Below, piece after piece: positions 18,452 through 27,777 of a DNA stretch of 64,000 bases. How positions within the stretch are numbered: the first letter of the stretch is position 1; every line of letters begins with the position of its first letter. Source of the stretch: Candidatus Altimarinota bacterium. Its GTDB lineage: Bacteria > Patescibacteriota > Gracilibacteria > JBDHUY01. The notes beneath the pieces are model-generated. The model saw only the letters and a list, made by a program, of their open reading frames with translations. It did not search any database and was not told the origin of the DNA. Position numbers and translations under genes: made by a program. The stretch is from the NCBI GenBank assembly GCA_039809385.1, contig JBDHUY010000003.1, positions 64,001 to 128,000 on the forward strand, read 5' to 3'.

Positions 18452-20242
18452 ATGGAAACAGGTAATAACAGATACATAACCGGTTTGAAGAAAAAGCTGC
18501 TTGTCGTAGTTGTTTTTGCTATGAGTCTTGTCGGAGCGGTTGGTGTCTTTTGGTACTCTACGACCGCAGCCTCCGATTTTCAGAATCTGATCGAAGATAC
18601 GAGGTCGCCGATTGGCCTGGATTTGTATAAACACACGTACGAAACTACCGAAGATCTTATCCAGAAACGCGCGCTGACCCGTACGCTGGAAGATCTTGAT
18701 ACAGGAGATCCCAAGGACCGTTATAGTGCCGAAGACCTGAAAAATATCCTGGCCAATGACCCCGCGCGCGTCATCGAGAAGGGAAATACTACCCGTCCGG
18801 ACCTGCGGCAAGAACTGTTTGACCGGATTCGTACAACGTATCAATTCGAACGCGACTTGGCGGACTACGAACTCGCGTTGCAGATCGAAACTGGTGCTTT
18901 GGGACAATACAGTAATGGGACGACCGACGATTCGGACTTTGATCTGGTGGTTGATCTGAACACGATCGACGTGATCTTCTTTGGCGAAAAAGCCCGTGTC
19001 CCGATTGCGCGTTGGGGAAGCTATGACGGTTTTCTGCTGGATCTCGACGGGTCGAACCCGCACAATGGCAATGCCAATAATTCTAATACCAACGGCGGAG
19101 TGAACAATGCCAACCAAAATACTTCCTTGAATCAAAATACCAATGCCTTTCAAAGCAATGCCAACGGGCAAAACCAGAACAGTAGTTCGTTCGGCAATTC
19201 CAATGTCAACCGTAATCCTTCTCTGAACACCAATAGCAATGCCTCCAATACCAATACCAACGCCGCCATAGCCCAGTGTCTTCCTGCTTCTGCCGTTACT
19301 ATTCAAGATATTCGTAACGATCTGGACGGACTGCGCGATAAAGTCGCCGATATTCGTAATCAGATTGAGGAAGGCGGGGATGTAGCGTTGGGCGATGTAA
19401 ATACGGAAAGCTCGGATACCCCGCTTTTGCCGCTCCAAGACCGTGATTACCCCCAAGTTCCTAAGTCACCTTCCGATTCTTCTCCTGGTTCGAGCCAGGA
19501 GATCTCGGACGCAGACAAAAACGACCAGGAAAATACCAGTATTTGGCCCTGCAACCAATTCTTCTGTATCAGAATCAGTATGCGTAACGGGGTTTCCAAT
19601 ACCACGTATCCGACGTATGACAATTCGATCAAGGCTCATCTGGATTATATCTATAAATTTATCAACGAAACCAATCGCTATCCGTTGGCGCTTAAAAAGA
19701 ATACCAAAGAGTTTTTCGGGCTAGGATTTTATCTGATGCAACTGGCCCAGCACGTCGATATGAAGGTCATCGTGACGAGCAAACCGGTCTGGTCTCCTAA
19801 ACAGCATACCTATAGCGCGTTAAACTCTCAAAAGATACGCGAAGCCGAGCAGGCGAGCCGTGGCAAGGCTGATCCGGGGCAGGATACCTTACAAAACGGC
19901 GTAACGACGGCTTCTGCAAAAAGCGAGTTTTCTAATATTCTCACCGATGCCACCCAGTCCGAACTGATCGAGCGCTTGCGTAGTTACGAAGCTGAAGTAG
20001 CAGACAGCTCCAAAGCGCTCTCTGAGACTGCCCGGCTTAGCGCCCGTTTGAATGCGGTGCAGGACCAGACCGCTTTGGTAAACGAGGCACTGCTGTTTCT
20101 CAAAACGCTGAACAGTTCGACCGATATATTTGCTCAGATCCGGCGGGTTGCCTGCTCGTTTGCTACCGAAGTCCGGGCAGTCGGAAGTGGCGGTTCGGCG
20201 GTCTCCGGGGGGAGCTCGACGCTCTCATCGGTCTGTCGCTAG
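18452..20242 (+). CDS. Secreted/anchored hypothetical protein with Asn-rich linker
   Basis: GGAG before ATG 18452, N-terminal hydrophobic segment, DSDFDLVVDLNTIDVIFFG motif, N-x-N tract, WPCNQFFCI motif, coiled C-terminus. Confidence 0.8.
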   Translation: METGNNRYITGLKKKLLVVVVFAMSLVGAVGVFWYSTTAASDFQNLIEDTRSPIGLDLYKHTYETTEDLIQKRALTRTLEDLDTGDPKDRYSAEDLKNILANDPARVIEKGNTTRPDLRQELFDRIRTTYQFERDLADYELALQIETGALGQYSNGTTDDSDFDLVVDLNTIDVIFFGEKARVPIARWGSYDGFLLDLDGSNPHNGNANNSNTNGGVNNANQNTSLNQNTNAFQSNANGQNQNSSSFGNSNVNRNPSLNTNSNASNTNTNAAIAQCLPASAVTIQDIRNDLDGLRDKVADIRNQIEEGGDVALGDVNTESSDTPLLPLQDRDYPQVPKSPSDSSPGSSQEISDADKNDQENTSIWPCNQFFCIRISMRNGVSNTTYPTYDNSIKAHLDYIYKFINETNRYPLALKKNTKEFFGLGFYLMQLAQHVDMKVIVTSKPVWSPKQHTYSALNSQKIREAEQASRGKADPGQDTLQNGVTTASAKSEFSNILTDATQSELIERLRSYEAEVADSSKALSETARLSARLNAVQDQTALVNEALLFLKTLNSSTDIFAQIRRVACSFATEVRAVGSGGSAVSGGSSTLSSVCR

Positions 20243-20284
20243 ACAAATTTCCCCCATTATTCGATTCTTGCCAAGAAGGCTCCT

Positions 20285-21583
20285 ATGAGAAAATTACATA
20301 CAGTACATGCAGCGGTGCTCCTGATACAAAGAACTATGTCTTCTCTTTTGTTCGGCGTCATTTTGGTTCTCTTTGGCTTTATCTTCTTTCTTCCGCAAGG
20401 GTATGCTCAGGAAAAGGAGGTAACCCAGTGTAAAACTTCCCCCAATGTCGAAGCCGAACTGACCTTGATGGACCGATCCTTGACCGAGTTATCCAAAAAG
20501 ATTACCGATAGCTGTTCCAATGATCTGCAAGGCAATAAGCGGGGATATAAAGAGGCGTACCTGGAGCTGCTCAGCATCGGCGTGGACAGTGAAACCTGGA
20601 AGTATTCTTTACGCAAACTGGTCGATATCGACGAAAACGAAGCACTGTCCCACGATATGCAATTGTATTACCAAAAGTTGCGGGCTTTTGACCAGCTGGC
20701 CAAGCGTGCCGCTAATAGCTGTTCCGATATTGTCTTTGAGATCAAACGCACCAAAGAAATCTTTTACAACGGAGAATTTGTTTCCCCAAACTCCTGGAGC
20801 GGTTATCGAGCTTTGCGTTTGGCCGAGAAGTCGGAAATACAAGTTGGAGATAAGACGTTTGACAATTACTTTTTTCAACAACAACCCGGGACCGAAGTCG
20901 GCTATTACGACCGCTCGAGCCCGTTTGCCTGTAGCAGCAACCAGTACGAATTTAAGGATATAAAAACTATTTTTACCCGCTTCCGCGATACGCTGAAACA
21001 ATTTCGCGAACGGGGTGAGCAGCTGAAAGCCCGCGAAGGAAGTGTCCTGCTACGTGAATTCCAGGCCCAGTTGAGCGCTTCAATCGGCATTCGTCTTATT
21101 ACTGTTGAGGAGGCTAATCGGCGGTTGGCTCAAAGTTGCGGTACCGAGCGCGGAAATTCGTATCGGGCTTTGTTTGAAAATCTCAAAACATGCATCGGTA
21201 ATGAACTCAAAACCTCGCCCGATATACGCGAAAAAGACTTCAATGAACTGACAAACAAGCAAAATCCTCCTGCTCCTGCGCCATCCGATACGAGCACCGA
21301 ATCGCTTTTGGACCAGCGCGATATTTCCCGTCACAACGACGATCTGGTACGCGAAATATCGGCAAATAACGAAAAATATGCCCTATTGTACAACCGCGAT
21401 TACTTTGCGCGCAACCACGAAATGGAAACGATTCTGGAAAGCGCTGATACCACGATCAGCGATTATCTGTGCGATACGGTCCAAAAGACCGCCGAGAGTA
21501 TGCGCGCCTTTTGTCTCAAATGCGTCACCAACAAGCCTTCGGCCTGCGAAAAGATCGATCCCAAGGCGGTCTCCTGTAAATAA
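20285..21583 (+). CDS. Secreted Cys-rich helical hypothetical protein
   Basis: Signal peptide ending GYA-Q; many Cys including terminal FCLKCVTNKPSACEKIDPKAVSC. Confidence 0.8.
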   Translation: MRKLHTVHAAVLLIQRTMSSLLFGVILVLFGFIFFLPQGYAQEKEVTQCKTSPNVEAELTLMDRSLTELSKKITDSCSNDLQGNKRGYKEAYLELLSIGVDSETWKYSLRKLVDIDENEALSHDMQLYYQKLRAFDQLAKRAANSCSDIVFEIKRTKEIFYNGEFVSPNSWSGYRALRLAEKSEIQVGDKTFDNYFFQQQPGTEVGYYDRSSPFACSSNQYEFKDIKTIFTRFRDTLKQFRERGEQLKAREGSVLLREFQAQLSASIGIRLITVEEANRRLAQSCGTERGNSYRALFENLKTCIGNELKTSPDIREKDFNELTNKQNPPAPAPSDTSTESLLDQRDISRHNDDLVREISANNEKYALLYNRDYFARNHEMETILESADTTISDYLCDTVQKTAESMRAFCLKCVTNKPSACEKIDPKAVSCK

Positions 21584-21667
21584 CTTCAAATATCAAAAAC
21601 CAAATATCAAATGAATTCCAGATATCAAATGTCAAATGTTAAAGGTCAAAAGTCAAAGAAACGTCAT

Positions 21668-23080
21668 ATGTCAGCTTTCATATTTGGAAAGCGATCTTTG
21701 GTAGTTGCTTTGGGCTTATGCTCTCTCTTATACGGTACTTTCTCTTTTAATAGCGTTACGGCTCAGACAGATGTGCCAGAAGGCTTTGCGGATGTTTCGC
21801 CTGCCCATCCGTATTACTCTGATATTATTGAGCTACAGCGCAAAGGATTGGTGAGTGGGTATGAGGATAATACCTTTCGTCCCGACGCGCTCATTACGCG
21901 AGCCGAGTTTGTCAAACTAACCCTGGGGGCTGGTAATTGCGTCGATTGCGAATTCCCTTCTCCCGAGGTGCGGGCGCGCTATAACACTGCTCCTTTTCCC
22001 GATATTCCGGTTTCGGCCTGGTATTTCTATTGTGTGGCCGGAGCCAAAGATGCCGGTCTAATCACCGGATATTTGGGAACCAAAGATCAAGGACTCTATC
22101 TGCCGGATGCCGAAATCTCGCGAGCCGAAAGTATTGCGATTTTGCTCAGAGCCGTTGGGACTCCTCCTCACGACAATGATCCTCTGGTTTTACAAGATGT
22201 CGATCCTGACGCCTGGTATGTCGGCTATCTCAAGGCAGCGGTTAATACTGGCTTGCTGGCCTATCATAAGGGTTTTCTGGCGCCCGAGGAAAAGATTCAA
22301 CGGGGCGAGTTTGCGCATCTGGTCAATACAGTGATGCAGAGTCGGCAGTGTACCCGCGTCACCCGTTTTGAACCCGAAAGGGGGAATTCGAATCGAAACG
22401 ATATACCTGTTTCGGACGCAAATCGTAATCGTAATAACGGTCTGGGCAACACGACCAATAACAATTCCGCCATTCCCGGTATTAATCAAAACGGAAACGG
22501 GTCGGGCAATGGCAATACCAACGGCAACATTTCCCAAAATCTCAATAACAACCAAGGGGACGAAGCTCAAAATAGAAATACGAATGCTTCCAGCGTTACG
22601 AACCGTAACGGTAACTCCGGGAATCAAAATGCCGGTTCTCTTTCTAACCGCAATACAAATGGGAATATCTCGTCCAATACCAACCAGTCGCCTGTCTTGA
22701 ATGACAATGACAACAGAGGTGAAAATCAAAATAATAATGGCGGTACACCGATCATTTCAGCTAATACGAATCAAAATAACACGACTCTTGCCGATCGTGA
22801 TCAAGATACCGTACCTGATGCGGTGGATTTGTGTCCCGATCTGCCCGGGGATCTTTTCCCGGCTAAAAACCAAAGCGGATGTCCCGACGTAGGCAATACC
22901 TCCGGGAATTTCGGCGATACTGGTCTGATCGTCAAAAATCCGGCCTGCAACATGTGTCCCTGCGCCGGAGCCGACTTTAAAGCTGACCTTCGTCCCGGGG
23001 ATATCATCTTTTCGGTTATTCCCGATCCGAACAATCAACGCATATACCAAAAGAGCGAGCTGTATTATATGGTCGAATAA
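21668..23080 (+). CDS. S-layer homology (SLH) domain protein with Asn-rich linker, TSP3-like repeat and CxxCPC domain
   Basis: FADVSPAHPYY...GLVSGYEDNTFRPDALITRAEFVKL and two more SLH-like units; DRDQDTVPDAVDLCP; CNMCPC. ORF opens at 21611 in a repeat tract. Confidence 0.88.
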   Translation: MSAFIFGKRSLVVALGLCSLLYGTFSFNSVTAQTDVPEGFADVSPAHPYYSDIIELQRKGLVSGYEDNTFRPDALITRAEFVKLTLGAGNCVDCEFPSPEVRARYNTAPFPDIPVSAWYFYCVAGAKDAGLITGYLGTKDQGLYLPDAEISRAESIAILLRAVGTPPHDNDPLVLQDVDPDAWYVGYLKAAVNTGLLAYHKGFLAPEEKIQRGEFAHLVNTVMQSRQCTRVTRFEPERGNSNRNDIPVSDANRNRNNGLGNTTNNNSAIPGINQNGNGSGNGNTNGNISQNLNNNQGDEAQNRNTNASSVTNRNGNSGNQNAGSLSNRNTNGNISSNTNQSPVLNDNDNRGENQNNNGGTPIISANTNQNNTTLADRDQDTVPDAVDLCPDLPGDLFPAKNQSGCPDVGNTSGNFGDTGLIVKNPACNMCPCAGADFKADLRPGDIIFSVIPDPNNQRIYQKSELYYMVE

Positions 23081-23176
23081 AATCCCGAAATTTCCCTAAT
23101 CATGTTCAGTATCAGTTGTATTTTCCCTCCAAACTTGCCACAATAGCAGTGTTTATTTTTCGTATATCGTTTTTTT

Positions 23177-24721
23177 ATGAATGCCAGGCAGAAAAAGATC
23201 ATGATCGGTGTCGGCGCGGGTCTCGTCGTTATTATCCTGATTCTGGGATGGTGGTTTCTATTCCGTTCTCATAGTGGAGCTGGAAATATAAACCGCAATA
23301 CTAATTTGCAGGCTGCGTTAGTAGAGAAAGAGGGAACTGTCCGTAGCAAAGGAATCACGCTGGATACACCCGGTACACACAAGCTGGAACTCGACGACGG
23401 GAGCGCGCTGTTTCTCGAAAGCAAGGACCAGTCGCTCAGCCGGTATCTCGATCAGCGGGTGGTTGTCGAGGGCGTACTGGAAGAGCGGCAGGGGGCGCTA
23501 GTCTTGTCCGTACAATCGATCAGTTTACAATTGAACCGGCTCAATGCTAACGGAGCTTCGGCGCTGCTTCGTTACAGCGGCGCGCTGGGGCTCACGTTCG
23601 CGTATTCTTCACTTTTTGAGCTTAATACCGGGAGCGCATCGCGCATAGAGCTTTCTTTGAGTGACAAAAGTGTCGATGTGCAAAAAAAAGACGACCCCGT
23701 CATTTTTATCGAGAATATCGGTGACGTTATCCCCGATCTTAAAGCCTGGATAAAAAGTACTAAAAATACCGATTCGGTAACGATCCGGGTTGGAAACCTC
23801 GACGGCGAGCGTTTGGTACTGAATGCAACTCAGAATACCACCGTGTATGTCAATGCCGGACGGCTCTACGAAATCCGTTTTGTGTCGCCGGGGGGCAAAG
23901 ACGAGACACTGGTAAAGAATCGTTTTTACGAAATGCTCTCGACGATCGAGTGGAGCGGTGTCTCTCTTTCCAATACGAATATCAACGCGATGAATGTCAA
24001 CGCCTCCCTGCCTCTTAATATCAATGTCAATGGCGGTCTGTATACCGGAGAAGTTGGTATTACACCCACTGTTTCGAATACCAAAGAACTGGTGCGGATG
24101 TATATTGCCGAACATCTCAACGACTTGAAACCTGAGGATAGCGAGGTACCCGGGACCGTCGCTCCTACCCGCTTTGAATTTGCCGGCGAATCTTACGTCT
24201 ATGTTGAATATGGCGACAATACGGCCAAGCGGAAACTGCTTCTTTCCTACGTGGTCGAAGACAGCCAGGTGCGTGTTTCCCAAAAAGCCTATTTTGTCCC
24301 CGGAGAAACAACCGATTGGCAGATCAAAACCGGTCAAAATGAAGCGAATAAGCTCTCACGGGAAGTTTACGATGCTTCCGGAAACAAGACTGCCGAACTC
24401 AAAGAGGGATACCGTTTATATGAAAATAAGAGCGTAGGGTACTCGGTACAATATCCTTCCAGCTGGTACTATGCCGGCGTGGCAAAAGAAGCGGGTGCCA
24501 TCCATACGGTTGCTTTTAGCGACAAGCCTCTGGAATCGGCACAAGACGTTATCAAGGTTTCAGTACTGAAGGGAACTATTACCTCACTGGGCTTGTCCGA
24601 AAGGAACGAAGACGCATCGAGCCTGACCGTAAGGGTCGAAAAAGAAGGGCGCGTCTATCAGGTTTCGGGTGCGACCGGATTGTCGTCTACGATCGATCAA
24701 ATGGCGAACAGTTTGCGGTAG
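23177..24721 (+). CDS. Membrane-anchored exported protein (OB-fold-like plus PsbP-like segments)
   Basis: N-terminal TM helix; LSRYLDQRVVVEG; YENKSVGYSVQYPSSWYY resembles PsbP-like CPR domains. Confidence 0.75.
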   Translation: MNARQKKIMIGVGAGLVVIILILGWWFLFRSHSGAGNINRNTNLQAALVEKEGTVRSKGITLDTPGTHKLELDDGSALFLESKDQSLSRYLDQRVVVEGVLEERQGALVLSVQSISLQLNRLNANGASALLRYSGALGLTFAYSSLFELNTGSASRIELSLSDKSVDVQKKDDPVIFIENIGDVIPDLKAWIKSTKNTDSVTIRVGNLDGERLVLNATQNTTVYVNAGRLYEIRFVSPGGKDETLVKNRFYEMLSTIEWSGVSLSNTNINAMNVNASLPLNINVNGGLYTGEVGITPTVSNTKELVRMYIAEHLNDLKPEDSEVPGTVAPTRFEFAGESYVYVEYGDNTAKRKLLLSYVVEDSQVRVSQKAYFVPGETTDWQIKTGQNEANKLSREVYDASGNKTAELKEGYRLYENKSVGYSVQYPSSWYYAGVAKEAGAIHTVAFSDKPLESAQDVIKVSVLKGTITSLGLSERNEDASSLTVRVEKEGRVYQVSGATGLSSTIDQMANSLR

Positions 24722-24778
24722 GATCCCTTTTTACAAATAGATTTGATGGTGTTTGCAGAGACAAATTTCAATGCGTCT

Positions 24779-25474
24779 CTATCGTGTTGTGTAATTGCAG
24801 CGTTTGCAATATCCTGTCTTTGGATCGAAATCATCTGTTTGATGACAGACTTCGCACCTTTTCGGTTCCGACTCACGACGAATCTTCATAAGATCGTTTG
24901 TGGCTGTAGTAAGATCATCCAATGAAATACCGCTCATTTGCTCTATTTCTTGACGTACCCAATCATACGCTACGATTATTTCTCGCAGCCTGTTGGGGAT
25001 TCCGCTCTTTATTTCCAGAGTGGTCGCGATCTTAATTGCCGTTGCTGTGCTAATGACTGTAATTGCCAGAGCTACAACGGTACGGATTATAGCTTCCAGA
25101 AAACCTGCTAAGCTGATCGGCACATTTAATGGATCGATAAAATAAAAACTCGCATATAAGGAGACGAATAAGGAGACGATTAGTACAGGAATACTTAACA
25201 TGCCTGAAAGTTCTTTTTCCATATGTTTCTTGAATGCGCTTACCTCTCTTTTAAGCTCTTGGTCGGGGCACCTATCCATTAGTGTATTAATCAGCATCTC
25301 TGGAGATCGAGAAGTCGTTATTTCCAAAGCTATTTGAATCATTTCGTTCAGTTTCCGGTTTTGTTCGGGCGTCAAGCTCTCGAGAATCTCGTGTGCCTTT
25401 CTTTCTAGAACAGCTATATTGCAAGTGCGGAGCTCCAGATTTTCGGACGTCCGACCGGATGGTAATTCATCCAT
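24779..25474 (-). CDS. Hypothetical two-TM membrane protein with C-terminal zinc ribbon
   Basis: Two hydrophobic helices; CEVC-x11-CKRC at the C-terminus. Confidence 0.7.
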   Translation of the reverse strand: MDELPSGRTSENLELRTCNIAVLERKAHEILESLTPEQNRKLNEMIQIALEITTSRSPEMLINTLMDRCPDQELKREVSAFKKHMEKELSGMLSIPVLIVSLFVSLYASFYFIDPLNVPISLAGFLEAIIRTVVALAITVISTATAIKIATTLEIKSGIPNRLREIIVAYDWVRQEIEQMSGISLDDLTTATNDLMKIRRESEPKRCEVCHQTDDFDPKTGYCKRCNYTTR

Positions 25475-25629
25475 GCGTTTTTTCCGTGACGAAATAAATA
25501 GATAGATTACTATACTGGTTTATGTCTCTCGATCAAGCCTTTTTAATGATTTTCAACGTTTCTATGTACGTTTGATAGATGGCCCGTACAAATGTCCGTT
25601 TTTTATTGTAAACATTCTGTACAACATTA

Positions 25630-25658
25630 TTGAAAAAAGATAAAAAATGTTTTATAAT
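25630..25658 (+). promoter_or_regulatory. Sigma70-type promoter
   Basis: TTGAAA (25630-25635), 17-bp spacer, TATAAT (25653-25658). Confidence 0.8.
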
Positions 25659-25664
25659 AGTATT

Positions 25665-25832
25665 GGAGCGTTCAAGGGAAGGTGCAGGTAACTGCAAATT
25701 ACATCAAAAGGAGGATGAGGCTACCCCATGTACCAGATCGACCATGCCGGGTAACCGCTGCATCACTTCTCTTTATAGAAAAATTCCACCTCACCGGGGT
25801 GAAAGCTAGCTCCAAATATTCATGAACGCCCC
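25665..25832 (+). ncRNA. Candidate structured RNA / long structured 5' leader (family unassigned)
   Basis: Starts at the predicted TSS; GGAGCGTTCA pairs with TGAACGCCCC (25823-25832); nested stems aaaaggag-gatg/catc-a-cttctcttt, ggctaccc/gggtaacc, catg/catg. Confidence 0.5.
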
Positions 25833-25860
25833 ATGAGGGGGTAAAATTACTTCTTTTTTT

Positions 25861-26466
25861 ATGAAAAACACAATGATGAAACAAAAGACCGCGCTGATGA
25901 GCCTGGTCGCACTGCTGTCTTTCGCAGTTCTGCCCAGCGCCAACGCCGCAACCACGGCTACCGTTACCTTGACGGCAACTGTACAATCAGCCTTTTCCAT
26001 CTCGGTCGGTAGTGCAACTGCTGCTTTGTCTTTGACACCTGGTGCGACACCTGATACGACAACCAGCACGGTGACCGTTGTATCCAATGACGGTGCCGGA
26101 TATAATATAAGTGTCGAAGCGGACAGTGCAAACTCGGACTCTTCGCTCTACAAAAGTACTGCTCCAACCGCCAGTATTGCAGCCGATGTTCCGGGAAACG
26201 TGACGACTAATTCAAACAAATGGTCCCTGCATGTTTCCGCTGCTCCGGGCAGTTGCGGTACCTGTACAACCGATGAAGCGTTTGACGGCGACGGTACAAC
26301 CGATGAAGCTGTTGCCACTAGCGCCAACCGGATGGCCTTCAACTCGAGTACGACTGCGACTCAGGATTGGACCGTTACATACAAAGCGGCCGTAAACGGA
26401 GTACTTCCCGCCGGTGCATATCTGACTACTGTTACCTATACTCTGGCTTCAGGCGTAGGATCCTAA
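25861..26466 (+). CDS. Small secreted beta-rich WxL-like/fimbrial-subunit-like protein
   Basis: Signal peptide ANA-A; N-terminal TVTLTATV strand; internal WSL; C-terminal VTYKAAVNGVLPAGAYLTTVTYTL similar to WxL and Csu-type subunit C-termini. Confidence 0.8.
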   Translation: MKNTMMKQKTALMSLVALLSFAVLPSANAATTATVTLTATVQSAFSISVGSATAALSLTPGATPDTTTSTVTVVSNDGAGYNISVEADSANSDSSLYKSTAPTASIAADVPGNVTTNSNKWSLHVSAAPGSCGTCTTDEAFDGDGTTDEAVATSANRMAFNSSTTATQDWTVTYKAAVNGVLPAGAYLTTVTYTLASGVGS

Positions 26467-26475
26467 GACTTTTCT

Positions 26476-26516
26476 CTCCTTCCGAGCATGGTTTTTATTG
26501 CCTGCATCGGAGGGAG
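26476..26516 (+). terminator. Intergenic stem-loop (terminator or mRNA stabiliser) after the small subunit gene
   Basis: ctccttccgagca pairs with tgcatcggagggag; no U-tract on the + strand. Confidence 0.5.
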
Positions 26517-26666
26517 GACAAAGGTCTTACACTTTTCTCTGCTTATTAGGTATAGATGAGAGGGAAGCGTAGCGCCTCCCGGCTCATTTTGCACACTCGC
26601 CCCTTGCCTAAAATGCACTGTGCGAATTATACTAAAGATATATTATTTCTTTTCGTCACAACTATC

Positions 26667-27644
26667 GTGGAAGGAGTAAAACGTGTTTTCCTGTTCTCTT
26701 TGCTCATGGCCGTTATGCTGCCGTTCTTGTCATCGCCGTCTGAAATCGCTTTTGCACAGCAAAATCCGCCCGGCGGGGGACTCCAAGTCTCGCCGGTCAT
26801 TTTCGATTACGATCTGACTGCCGGAACTCAAAAAGTCGACGAGGTCAGTATTATCAATAACGAATCCGAGCGAGTCGAAATGACGACCGAAGTTGCCGAT
26901 TTCGAATACGACGAAAAAGGGGAAATGCGTTATATCGAGGAAAACCAGGAAAATCCCTCAGTCAGTTCCCTCAAAAAATGGCTTCATTACGATACAAAGG
27001 AATTTTCCCTTGAGCCAGGCGGAGAACAACGTATCCGATTTACGGTAGATGTGCCCGCCAATGCCGAACCGGGAGGACATTACGGTGTCATATTTTTTCG
27101 GACCAAACCCAAAGGAAGCGGTAATATCGGTGTGTCGGCCCGGATCGGATCGCTTATTCTGGTTACCATTCCCGGGAATGTCAAAAAGACCGGGGAAGTG
27201 GTCGACTTTAAGATAGGAAAACTGAACGATAAGAACGAAGTCGTTTCCCGCGATTTTTTCGAACGCGGACCGCTAGACGTCTTCTATCGGGTTAAAAATA
27301 CCGGAAATGTCCATTTCAAGCCGACTGGAAGATTACTGATTAAGGATGGAAACGGCAAAATCCTTCAGGAGATTCCTCCCGCCGATCTTCGAGTCTTTCC
27401 CGGGTTAGGTCGCGATTATAACCAGCAAGTCAATCTCGATCCGTGGGGATTCTACGAAGCGGTTCTCGAACTGAACGATGGAGATGGTACCTCTTTGGGC
27501 ACCCGCACTATCAAATTCTGGGGATTCAACTATCCCCTGGTATTGTTCTGGGCTGCCATAGCGATCGCGGTTTTGCTTATAGGGTTTTTCGGTATACGAC
27601 AGTATAACCGCTGGATCGTCAAAAAGGCCACCACCGGTAAGTAA
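26667..27644 (+). CDS. DUF916/WxL-interacting-like (PapD-chaperone-like) protein with C-terminal TM anchor
   Basis: LQVSPVIFD, FTVDVPANAEPGGHYGVIFF, VKNTGNVHFKPTG; signal peptide; C-terminal TM plus basic tail. Start uncertain (26556-26706). Confidence 0.8.
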   Translation: MEGVKRVFLFSLLMAVMLPFLSSPSEIAFAQQNPPGGGLQVSPVIFDYDLTAGTQKVDEVSIINNESERVEMTTEVADFEYDEKGEMRYIEENQENPSVSSLKKWLHYDTKEFSLEPGGEQRIRFTVDVPANAEPGGHYGVIFFRTKPKGSGNIGVSARIGSLILVTIPGNVKKTGEVVDFKIGKLNDKNEVVSRDFFERGPLDVFYRVKNTGNVHFKPTGRLLIKDGNGKILQEIPPADLRVFPGLGRDYNQQVNLDPWGFYEAVLELNDGDGTSLGTRTIKFWGFNYPLVLFWAAIAIAVLLIGFFGIRQYNRWIVKKATTGK

Positions 27645-27777
27645 ACGCTACTCCTCTTCCGGCATTCCCAAGAATAACATCGTATCCGGTCATTCCCAAT
27701 CTCTTAATTTCGAATCACCAAAACAATGCGATAACCATAAGCATAATTGTCTCCATCGTTTCTCTTTCATTTACGAA

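Noticed and set aside
18434-19456. 340-aa minus-strand ORF and other long antisense or alternate-frame ORFs inside large genes
   Set aside because: Shadow ORFs; the Ile/Val/Gly-rich translation is the mirror of Asn-rich codons on the coding strand.
25665-25860. Assignment of the leader to c-di-AMP or c-di-GMP riboswitches, or firmly to 6S RNA
   Set aside because: Only a short GGGGTGAA resemblance; the other conserved elements were not found by eye, so the family is left unassigned.
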